Source: Antedon mediterranea (lineage: Eukaryota > Animalia > Echinodermata). Taken from it: 64,000 nucleotides of DNA. The notes beneath the pieces are model-generated. The model was not told where the DNA came from and searched no databases. It was given only the letters and a program-made list of their open reading frames with translations. Made by a program: the position numbers and the translations under genes. The stretch is taken from contig NC_092672.1 of assembly GCF_964355755.1 (NCBI RefSeq), positions 21,837,237 to 21,901,236 of the forward strand. Reading direction: 5' to 3'. Shown piece by piece: positions 1-10,671 of this stretch (the stretch's first letter is position 1; each line of letters starts with the position of its first letter).

Positions 1-1038
1 CGGATTTACACCATGTGCTGAGTCCAGTGACAGTAATCCGGAGTACAGTCCTTCTTCTTTTGCACAGTTTACTTCAAGAAGAAGGTGTTTAAGCTCACGA
101 AGCTTCAGGTGGTCCCTGAGTTGGAACTTTGGAAATTCTTCAAGTCGTTGAAGTAGGTCCCTTTCAATGACTTCTGGAGCACCATATGTTTTGTCCAGAT
201 TTTCCCATACCATGTGTAAACCTTTTTCGGGATTATTTACATTGATGGCTCTAAGAGGCATCACAAGTTGTAACGACTGCTCCCCTAACCACTTTCTAAT
301 TAGATCGAGTTCTTGAGACGATGACAAGCGCAGGTCATTGGTGACTCTCTTGAACGATGCCTTCCAAGGTCTATAGTTGGCTGTCTTGTCATCGAATTTG
401 AGAAGACCTGACGCTACAAGCTCTTTCCGCATAAGATGATTTGTCAATGCATCAACTGCTGGGAAACTGGAATGGTCGACAGGTTGAGATGTTGGTAACT
501 GCATTGATTGCCGTTGTGGTTCTTCCTGAGGGATGGGTGTGAAATGTCTGGTCACATAGTTTTCCGTGCGTTGAGCTGAATTCTGAGGAGGCGGCAGGCC
601 TAGCCGGTCAGATAAACTTGTGGTGTGGCTCGGAGGTCTAAATTCAATTTCATTATCTTCGTAGGCTGCCGCTTCTGTTGTTGCCACGGCGGCTTCTTTT
701 TCAGCTTGAAGAAGATAGAAGTCTGCTTGTTGTTGAGCCTTTTGCCTTTCCAGTTCGGCTTCTTTACGCATAATTTCTGCTTCTCTTCGGGCAAACTGGA
801 GTTTGGCTTTAGTAATTTCAGCTCTTGCACGTGCTCGTGCAGAGCTGGTTGTCGATGATTGAGTACTGACATGATCATCTTCTGGAGACTGTCGTTGTGC
901 AGGTAGCAATGGCTGCTGTTGGTGACTTGTCACGATAGATGCAAGCCTTGGTTCCGATGCTGATATTCGATTTATTCTGTCCAATCGACGATCTTCTTGA
1001 CTACCTAAGTTGTAGTTTCTTCCGGATCTTGTAGACAT
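1..1038 (-). CDS. BEL/Pao LTR-retrotransposon Gag (N-terminal 346 codons; open to the window edge)
   Basis: Manual translation from the ATG at 1038: MSTRSGRNY...ARARARAEITKAKLQFARREAE (coiled coil)...LMRKELVASGLLKFDDKTANYRPWKASF...ELDLIRKWLGEQS...VWENLDKTYGAPEVIE...LEEFPKF...LDSAHGVNP. No stop before position 1, so the ORF track misses it. Motifs match BEL/Pao gag (DUF1759-like). Confidence 0.85.
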   Translation of the reverse strand, partial: MSTRSGRNYNLGSQEDRRLDRINRISASEPRLASIVTSHQQQPLLPAQRQSPEDDHVSTQSSTTSSARARARAEITKAKLQFARREAEIMRKEAELERQKAQQQADFYLLQAEKEAAVATTEAAAYEDNEIEFRPPSHTTSLSDRLGLPPPQNSAQRTENYVTRHFTPIPQEEPQRQSMQLPTSQPVDHSSFPAVDALTNHLMRKELVASGLLKFDDKTANYRPWKASFKRVTNDLRLSSSQELDLIRKWLGEQSLQLVMPLRAINVNNPEKGLHMVWENLDKTYGAPEVIERDLLQRLEEFPKFQLRDHLKLRELKHLLLEVNCAKEEGLYSGLLSLDSAHGVNP

Positions 1039-1063
1039 GTTGAAGGTTGAGTAGTGTTTTTAC

Positions 1064-1360
1064 TGTGCTGCCCTTGATAACGGTCGCGTCTTCTAGACAG
1101 CCAGATCCAAATAAGACACTAGATGTACATATAGTTAGAGTTTCGTTACTAACGTTTATTATGCGTCGTATCGTAGTATATTATATTGGTAAAACTGTGG
1201 AGGATTACAAAGAAAAACATTATCTAGACTACATTAAAAATAGCAATACAGCGTACAAACATTGTATTTAGCTGTTTAAGCAAAAAAGGTAACGTAAATG
1301 CTAATCATATATAACTGCTATACTAACCTAAATTAATTAATATCTTTAATTGCTATAACA
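1064..1360 (-). mobile_element. Putative 5' LTR of the BEL/Pao element
   Basis: On the minus strand: TGTTATAGCA...AATAAA...AAGGGCAGCACA, followed by GTAAAAAC and the gag ATG 26 nt later. The inner (CA) end is fairly well supported; the outer TG end is a guess because the second LTR is outside the window. Confidence 0.4.
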
Positions 1361-2278
1361 TTTCAACAAAGGTTTAGGCATCAATGGTAGAATTATGCCT
1401 TATATGCATTAAGACTAGGAATGAATTAACAATAAATCATCGTCCTAGATTGTAGACTGTAATTATTAAAATAGATACTGTACATATATAGCCAGTACTA
1501 TTTAAAGTAGTAACTTGATTAAATAGTATATATGGACCTATATATGGCCTAATTAAAAGTTAAAATAACAATTATAAATTAACATGTACTTACACACTGT
1601 GATTCTCAAATAGAGACACGTCAAAGATATAAAAAGAAATGAAACTTGTAAACAAAAAGCATATAAAAGCTTGTAGACTTCTCTCAGTGAATGCTACTGT
1701 ATTACTAATACTTTATACTGTACAATGTACAAATTAAGTCAATGCATTGGAATGTCCAAATCTAATTAAGTGCCTTAATGATAATACAGTGTGGTACTCC
1801 AGGTCAAAACTAGGAGTAACCATGGTAACAATTAAAGTTGCAATAAATTCAATAGTGTACCGACTACATTTTATATTTAGGATAACTATACTAAATAAAT
1901 TTGTAAGGAAATTTATTTGGAGACAAAATAATTGCAGAGGAGGCGTTCCATATAAAATTAGTTTTTATAGCTCCATGGTATAAATATACCGCATATTTAT
2001 CTTGATCATTATCGATATCGTTATCTCTGATATTTTATCATATATTTCTTGCACCTTTCTGCTGCCTTATGAATATACCATCTATATTGTTCACCCATAA
2101 CACAAGGTTTGTTAAACATACCCTACTTAGAACAATTACTAAAATGTCACAGTGGACTGAAAATGTTAAGATATTTGCTCTATTTAAATGTGATAGAACC
2201 GAGGTTTCAGGGTAATAGCAGGAGATGTGGAGTTTGGTTATCGATAATGATCAAGATAAATATGCGGTATATTTATAC

Positions 2279-2313
2279 CATGGAGCTATAAAAACTAATT
2301 TTATAGCTCCATG
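2279..2313. mobile_element. 35-bp P-element-like TIR remnant (probable excision footprint) with 7-bp TSD
   Basis: CATGGAGCTATAAAA-ACTAA-TTTTATAGCTCCATG flanked by TTTATAC (2272-2278, 2314-2320). The paralogous site near 22388-22394 has a single copy of the target and no insert. Confidence 0.65.
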
Positions 2314-2336
2314 TTTATACAGTATATTTTTTATGA

Positions 2337-5300
2337 GTATTTAAAGAATTAAGTACCTTAAGAGAAGATGATGTGGAAGCACTCTGGATTGAGATAAACT
2401 TACCACACACTAAACCTATCCTTCTTGGTACGATATACAGACCTCCAAGTGCCACATCTGAATATTTATGTAAATTAGATACCATGTTTCAAAATGGTAC
2501 TATGCTTTATAAGGATGTAGTGATACTTGGTGATTTCAATGTTGATATAGTTAAAAAATGTAAATAAAATTAACAAAATCGCTAAACATAGTAATCTAAT
2601 ACAACTAATCAAAGATTTCACCAGAGTAACTAACACAAGTAAAACCATAATAGATTTGTTATTTGTTTCCAACCAAAATATTTCAATTGCTGGAGTTCAT
2701 AGTCTTGGATTAAGTGACCATTCACTAATTTACCTAATCCGAAAAAAATAAAAAAGTTAAGGTTCCACCTAAAATTATTAAAACACGTTCATTAAAAAAA
2801 TTTAATGACAATTAATTTATTAATACCATTAAAAACAGAGATTGGAACCAAGTTATGCATCTATGATGTAGATACTGCATGGTCAACATGGAAAAAGCTA
2901 TTTGATGATGCATGTAATAAACATGCTCCTGTAAGAACAAAGAAAATAAAAGGTTCACTTCCTGGGTGGATCACAAGTGATTATATAACCTTAACAAAAG
3001 ACAGAGACTACTACTATGCTAAAGCACACAAAACAAACAATGCTGGTGATTGGGAAAAAGCTAAACAACTTAGAAATAAAATTAACAATTTAAGTAAAAC
3101 TCTTAAAAAAAGCTACTGTACAGATTCTATAAAAGAAAATTATAATAATCCTAAAAAATTTTGGGATACTATCCATAAATTAATTCCTAAAAACAAATCT
3201 TGCATAAATAGTGTTACAAATAAGAATAATGAGCAAACTACAAGTGATAAAGACACTGCAAACCAATTTAATAAACACTTTTCTTCAATTGGTAAATCAC
3301 TTTCTGAAAAACTTACTATATCTCCTACTAACCATAATAACATAAATAATGCTGTAAATCAGAATACTTTTAAATTTAATATAATTACACCAGAATATGT
3401 TTTTAGTGAAATTAATAACATTTCTAACAATAAGGCCTCTGGTCTTGATGGTATAAATTGTAAATTATTAAAGTTAGCTGCTCCTGTTGTATCTGAAACT
3501 CTCGCATATATATGTAATTGTTTTTTGTTCACGTCAACTTTTCCATCTGATTGGAAAATTGCAAAGGTGACCCCTATTTTTAAAGAAGGTGACAAATCTG
3601 ATGTAAATAATTACCGCCCACATTTCTGTCTTACCAATTGTATAGATTATTGAACGTGCTGTGCATGATCAAGTATATAAGTTTTTAACAAATAATAATA
3701 TTTTAAACCCATCACAATCTGGTTTTAGAAAGAAACATTCCACAAATACAACACTTAAGGAAATTGGTATATGTAATGATGCCCTAAATTGGGTCGTGTT
3801 CGTACGGTGGTTAAAATAAGCGCTTATTTTCACCCATGCCTCGGGTTATAAATTGAGCGTTGTTCGTACTTGAAATATTTAACCGCTTAAATGCTTAATC
3901 GACGAATCACAAACCGGAAATTACGTTTTAAGGTCAGTTGTCTTTACAACCTACGACCCCATTTTCGCACGCTAGTTTCGTGTTGTATATTTTTTACTCG
4001 CGATCTTTCTTTACAATAACAATTACTTGCTACCTTTTACACTGCTTATCCTTGCGACAAACCTTATGCCTCTTAACGCCGATAATCCTGCCGAAATATG
4101 CCTTCTCCTGACGACCATTATTATTTTACTCATTGACGAAGAATTTGAGCCCAATGTTACACGACGGAAACACCACCGACCAGCGGCTCCCCGACCAGCT
4201 AGGCCTACTAAGCGGTCTACACCAACAAGGACAGCACCAGCTGACGATCGCTCTCGAAGCGTGTATGCAAGAGCTTCGTAGGAGAAATGACGGGCCTAGG
4301 CAGCGAACGTTTGTCAAAATTTGACACATTGCCTCTATCGGAGATTTATTATCCTCGAAGGCCGAGTATAATTGGATTATCGCTGAAATAACCTGCAAAT
4401 TTGGTGAACATTTTACCTCGAATTTTTTGTAGCCTGAGGCAAAAGTTAATTGGGCCACGCGAACGGAAATCGGGAATAAGCTGGTATTTTCAACCCCTAC
4501 GAACAGGCCCTTTGTTTACTTCATATCTAAGTCATAGATCACAAGTTGTAAATGTAAATAGTTCAATTTCTGATTTAAGAGAAATTGACATTGGAATTCC
4601 ACAGGGCTCTATTTTAGGTCCTTTGTTATTTATTATATATGTAAATTCTCTTCCTGATGCTGTTGATTGTAAATGTGTTATGTACGCTGATGATACCACT
4701 CTATTATGTAGCTCCTCAAATCCTATAACTCTGCAAAACAATCTAAACTCAAATTTTTGTAAAATATCGAAATGGTTAGATAACAAAAGATTGACTTTGA
4801 ATGTTAAAAAAATTAAACTAATGGCATTTGGTACTAGTCCATTATTAAATAACTTCCAAAATGTTTCACTTGATGATAATGGAAGGTGTTATATTTGATC
4901 CTAAATTGACATGGAAGGATCAAATAAATAGTGTATCATCAAAAGTTTCTAAACGAAAGGGGTAATACGGTGTGTGAAATACTACTTGCCATCTCATACA
5001 ACTATTATGCTGGCAAATTCTCTTGTAATGCCATTGTTTGACTATTGTAGTGCTGTATGGACTAATTGTACAAAAGAAACTTTAAATACACTTCAAATAT
5101 TATTCAATAGATTAGGTAGAGTTCTGCTATCTGCAGATATATATACACCGATAAACGATATTTTTAAAACACTTAATTGGGTTACACTAAATGAAAGATG
5201 GAGGGAACATCTACTACTTACAACTTTCAAATGCATTAATGGCCATTCACCATTATATTTATCCTCAATGTTTAAGTTTAATGACTCCCTCCACCCCAAA

Positions 5301-5699
5301 TGCACCCGTAGCCAAAGTTGTAAAACATTAATTACACCAAATTGGAAAAATGCTCAAGGTAAAAGAACCTTCAAATACAGAGCAACAAAGGAATGGAATC
5401 TTTTACACACTGAAACTAGAACAAAAGTAACTGGGAAACATATTTATAAACTCAAAAATATAGCAACTCTTATGTCATCCAAGTGATCATACATTTTTTT
5501 TTTTTTTTTTTTATATTTTATTTTTTATATCTTATTTGTTGTTAACTGTTCTGTATATATCTTTTAAATTAGGCCTACTGTGCATTTATGTTATAATTTG
5601 TATTTACTTTTAAACTTATAACTGGACCATTTTGGAAAGCAGTACTGCGTTACTGAAAATGCAATCCAGTCAAAAGAAAGAATAAATAAATAAATAAAA
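2337..5699 (+). mobile_element. 5'-truncated, decayed CR1/L2-group (Crack/Daphne-like) LINE
   Basis: Fragments: APE (EALWIEINLP..IYRPP..ILGDFN; SDHSLI), RT (WKIAKVTPIFK..NYRP; GIPQGSILGPLLFIIYVN; MYADDTTL), C-terminus (PLFDYCSAVW..). Several stops and frameshifts, RT segment LDLKKAFD deleted near 3757, (TAAA)n tail to ~5699. Absent from duplicate copy 2. Confidence 0.9.
3791..4510. mobile_element. PIF/Harbinger-like non-autonomous DNA element inserted in the LINE RT
   Basis: Imperfect TIRs GGGTCGTGTTCGTACGG../..CCTACGAACAGGCCC split the LINE peptide ALNW|FTSYLSHRSQ. The TIR style resembles the other Harbinger elements here. TSD is not clean. Confidence 0.6.
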
Positions 5700-5995
5700 A
5701 AGTGAACAGTAAGCAGTACAAAACAGCAAACTGACCATGGACAATGACTGCAAGTTGTGTAGACACAGGGTTTTCCGGTCCCATATGGAATTTTGAGGGA
5801 TCGAACCATAGCTATCTATTCCTCAATCCATACAATCCCACAAAGTAGTTTTCAAAAGAAACAGGTCACCGAATTATAATTCTAATATATTATTACGGTA
5901 TGTTTATGCCGTACATATTGTAGCAGAAACAGGGCCTATATTACATTAATGGCTCATTGGGATGACTAAAGGTTGGTATTAATAGTAATACCTAA

Positions 5996-6493
5996 GGGTA
6001 GACTCACAGCGTTAGGTTTGTTATCCAACACAAGGTAATCCGTGTTGTTAAAAGTCAAGGTGTTCAGACACAACGATCGACATTCCAATGCCCACATTTA
6101 AAACACTCTGATTAGGTCAAAGCAGATAGAACTATGCATACATTGATGACAAACGCATGATGGTTTATATTGTAAAGTTGTTCTTTGTTATTTATATTCA
6201 TATAATGTTACCTTCAAAATATATTGAATTATACTGCTCTTACTACTTACCACTTGCAGAATTGCAATCTTGCTGTACAGGTATGCTGTTGGCCTGCTAA
6301 TTGTGGTCGTGTCTTTTCATTTGTTAAAGTTAAAATCACTGGATTATCCTTATTAAATCTACCCTCTCCTGCTAGGGTTATTAACGCCATTGGCCAGGCG
6401 TAACAGCTTCCTAACGCTAATCTGCAGCTTATAGTTCACATACAAAAATATGTACACTGCTTACATAACGCCACCGTCAGTCTGAACATACCC
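5996..6493. mobile_element. PIF/Harbinger MITE (TAA TSD)
   Basis: TAA|GGGTAGACTCAC...GTCAGTCTGAACATACCC|TAA. The left TIR lacks TGTTCA. An internally deleted paralog lies at 22947-23122. Confidence 0.65.
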
Positions 6494-7544
6494 TAAGACA
6501 CTGAACAGTACTATGTTTAAAAATAAAGGTGATTAATCAAAGACGCCAGCTGATAACTCCTCCACATAAAAGTCCTAGAAAGTAGGAAGCCTTTTGTCCT
6601 CTTCCCTGACTGACTGAGCAGATATATATGATCTCTCTATTAATAATTTATATTGTAAACCTTATTATGTAAACAGAAATATCAATGAAAATTCTTCTTC
6701 ACTAAAAAGTTTTTAAAGATATGCTACATTATTAGCAATTTACACCTAAATCCAGCCCTCAGTCTTAACCCTTTTCCAACATGCAATTCATTTTTTGAGG
6801 ATATTCACTACATTATTAACAAATTACCCCCTAAATCCACCCTTTTCCAACATGGCTGTTGAAAAAGTGTGTCATTCTATGGAATAGTTTTATTGCCAGT
6901 ATTGTATGTCTGTGGATTTTCCATCTGAATTGACATAGCAGCAATCAATCATTTAATTAAGAAACCTTTGATATCAACAAACGTATAAGCCAGTTTCGAA
7001 GTTACCTACTTCTATTCTAGTTGTAGTTAAATTGTTTCTACTGAATAATAATTTAAACGAAACACAATCGGCCTATAAGATTAGAAGTTAAAAAAAACTA
7101 GAGGTGCCATTTATTATGAATTTCATGTGCGAGAGCATTTCCGGCCATCTAGAGGTGTCATTTAACAAAATTTGCTTTAAATCCCGCTCCCTTTTCAGAT
7201 CCCTGATAAGGCCCTGGACATTTGGGCAATCCCCTTAAGATAGTCCTGTTACCGCCTCTGTAAATAATTCTAAGCAAGTGAAACAAAATACTGATTGTTG
7301 ATTATTTGAAAGTGGATAATTTAAAAACATAAAATATGTTGGTATCACATGGATGACACACACACAGAGTGATATATCACTTTGTTAGTTTTTCTGTCTA
7401 GTGCTGCTATCTGTATCATGGTATTCTACCTTTAAAGTTTAAAAAAAATTAGATAAAATGAGTTGAATATTTATTATTGAAATGAGTATTTATTATTCAA
7501 TTACATAATAAAAAATTAGTTTTGATAGCTGAATTCAATTAACC

Positions 7545-7900
7545 TGGTGTTTATGAACATCTATTACTACATTAATACATAACTTGCTTGCTCATCTTGA
7601 TTGTGCTAAATACTATGCTAGGGCTAAAGATATTGTTAACAGTGCCATAAGTTAAAAGTAATTATGTCGGATGAGTATCACTCTTCCTCACCATTACCTT
7701 GTCTTTAGTAAGTCAGGGCGTTTAGTGTACCCAAGATGGAAAACCAATAGGATGAGAAACTCATTTCTCACTACTGCAATGAGTCAATTCAATGAAACTT
7801 GGAAACATTGATAATTTTTGCTATACCCTTACACACACTAATCTTGCTTGTATTTTGTATTTTAAATAATTTATTTTCTCTGTATTTTACCAAATTTTAA
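7545..7900 (+). mobile_element. Rex1/Babar LINE relic
   Basis: TLIHNLLAHLDCAK..YAR, then after a deletion IMSDEYH..HHYLVFSKSGRLVYPRWKTNRMRNSFLTTAMSQFN* (stop ~7812), a typical Rex1 C-terminus. The duplicate at 24965-25250 retains YARVLFLDFSSSFNSIQ. Confidence 0.7.
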
Positions 7901-7914
7901 CCTTTTTAACTCAT

Positions 7915-10671
7915 TTTTATTTTTTTATTTTTTATTTATTCGGTATATAAAAATATATTACAAAACGACAGTCAAGGACTGAAATGAAATGTATTACAAA
8001 TGACTAAAAATTAGTTAAAATTGCTATAAAAATAGAAACATCTTAATAAAATTAGATATCGAACCATAAAATTAAAAACATACATGAATAAAAAACCTTA
8101 AAACATTCACTTATTACATATCTAAAAAAGAGCTAGTGGTGCCTATTAATTATATCCACCATGGTGGGAACTGGAGACGACCTAAGTCTGCTGGTTTTAC
8201 AATGAGGTACTTCTAGAAAGCGGTTGACTCTGAGAGACCGAGCTGGCTTATGAAGAGGGGGAAGTATTTCTCTAAACAGCTCGGATTTTAATAAGCCTTC
8301 CCCGAAAGACAACACAAGTTTGTTTCTTCTCTCTACAAGAGTAGGTAAACCAGTAACAGACAATGCATGATCATAGCACAAATAGTTGTTACCTAGCATG
8401 ATACGCAATGCTCTCTTTTGTACCTTTTCAATAGACTTGGACATGTCCTTAGTGATAGCGCCATGCCAAACAGGGGCAGCATATTCTAAAATAGGTCTTA
8501 TATACGCCATATAAACAGTCAACAGATCATTAATTAAGATTCCTGCTTTCTTCAAAATGCACAAGGAAAATAAACGTCTAGAAGCTCTAGACACAATATT
8601 ATTAGTGTTAAGTTCCCATTTCAGGTCATTTTGAATGATTACACCAAGAAGCGTCATGTGATCAACTACTTGTAAAATGGAACCACTCAGACTAAAAGAA
8701 GGTGATATAATATCATCCGACTTGTCCTTAAGAAAATTGACAACCAAGATATGGCATTTGGAGGGTTTGGGTATCATATTATTGGATGAACACCAAACAC
8801 TCTAACAGGGATTGCATGGAAGGCAAATCACCTTTGCGAACGACCTCCCCAAGGGTGAGGTCATCCACATATTTCCATCATCTGCAGCAATCAACACAAG
8901 CATCGTTAATAAGTACTAGGAAAAGTACAGGGCCAAGCAATGTCCCCTGTGGGACACCACAAGTCAGTGACTTTGAAGATGACAAAATCCCAGCAAACTT
9001 GGTGTTGAGAGAACGGGAAGTGAGAAAGCTGCAGACGATGGGAATTATGGACGACCTCACACCCAGTTCAATCAACTTTATAATAATAACATTATGATCA
9101 ACACGATCAAAAGCTTTAGTAAAGTCAGTGGCACATAGGTTAACATAACATTTACCCTTCTCAACATCTTTGAGTGTAGAGTCAATAAGACTAACAAGAT
9201 AGTGAGTTGAGGAAGCCTTTTTCCTACTACCAAATTGACGAGAATCTAATTTACCCTTAATATCTTCAAGAATCCACTTAACAATAAAAGATTCAAATAC
9301 CCTGGCAAGAACATAGGTAAGGGAAATAGGTCTAAGGTCAGAGACAGAACTAGCATTCACTGTTTTAGGAATGGGAACTGCAGTAGCCCTTTTCCAAAGG
9401 TCGGGGAAAACACCATCCTTCAATGCATGATTGAAGATATCCGCAACAGGTTCAGCAAGTTCAGGAGCAAAATCTCTATATAGTTTAATAGGAGGTTCAT
9501 CTGGATGGCCAGCTTTGTTAGGCTTAAGATTACAAAGGGCTTTTAGGACCTGACCAGCATATATTAAAGGTGGTGGCCCAGGGGCTGGGAGATAAGCAGG
9601 CAAATCGTTTAAATTAAGAGGAGGGATGGCATTACAAACACTAGAGAAATGGGCATTAATCTCAGAGGCAGTTTCAACTTTGGACAGCCCAGGCAAGGTG
9701 AAATTAGTATTTTTAGTCTTAAGATTACATAGTTGTTTAATACCTTTATGCCACATGGCAGGGTTGTTACGTTTAAGACTTAATAAGGAATTACAATAAT
9801 ATTTGTTTTTAGCCTTTCTAATACAATCTTGGACTAAGTTGCGAATTGAACGCCACTCATCCGTTCTACCAAACCTACGAAACAAATTTTGTCTAGAGTC
9901 AATTAATCTTCGAATCTTGTCGGACATCCAGGGCTTGTCAGCAGTGCGCTTGTTCCTACTCAGCACAGGAAATATCTTGTTAAAAGCACCATTCAAAATT
10001 GAAGAGAACATTTTGGTTTTTCGATTGACGTCCTCAATATTCAGCACATCATTCCACTCATGGGTTGTAACCCATTGACCAAAGGACAAAACAGAGGAGT
10101 CACGATATGGCTGAGAACGCACTGATAGACGCTTGTGCTGAGGTAATCCAATCAGTGGTTCCAATAGGATGGCATTATGGTCACTCCGACCCAGTGGCGC
10201 TAAGCGTTGCGGAAGATGGTAAAGATCAGCACGACTCAAAAATATCTTGTCCAACAGGGCATCCTTTCGTGTAGCGAAGTTAACAACTTGCGACAGTCCA
10301 ACATTCACTTCCAGCTCAGCTAGATCTAGGTCATTAAAGTCACCCAAAATAGCAATAGGAGCAGCGAAATCCATAGAACGAATGTTATCAATTGTATCAA
10401 CAATGTGCTCAATCAACAAATCCGCATTAGCGGCAGACGGAGGATAATAAATAGCTCCAATATAAAAGTGACTACCTTGATTTGACTTGCCTGGAATAGT
10501 TGTCTTTATCCAAAGGCATTCGAAATTACAGCTACCATGTGCAATGCAAGATTCACAGGCAAAATCATCACCAACAAAAATAGCAACACCACCACCTCTC
10601 TTGTTGCATCTATTCTTCGTGAACTTTTTAAAACCGGAACAATTCACAAAATCAATAGTAGCATCATTCAT
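7915..10671 (-). mobile_element. 5'-truncated CR1-group LINE (APE + RT, YVDD type)
   Basis: ORF 8878-10671 (RGGGVAIFV, IYYPP, ILGDFN, SDHN, LRPISLT, DFTKAFDRVDH, GVPQGTLLGP). In-frame TGA just before WKYVDD, a frameshift near 8795, then ORF 8133-8777 (IRPILEYAAPVWH, LPTLVERR). 3' UTR has a CAGTCCTTGACTG hairpin, AATAAA and an A-rich tail. Confidence 0.92.

Noticed and set aside
600-878. Track ORFs 600-878 (-) and 625-858 (+)
   Set aside because: Alternate-frame and antisense shadows of the BEL gag frame 1-1038.
4027-4458. ORFs inside the 3791-4510 element as a captured gene or transposase
   Set aside because: No recognisable motif in any frame; cannot be supported without a database search.
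8878-8880. Programmed readthrough or selenocysteine TGA before YVDD
   Set aside because: The same copy has a frameshift ~80 nt further on; simple decay (e.g. CGA to TGA) is sufficient.
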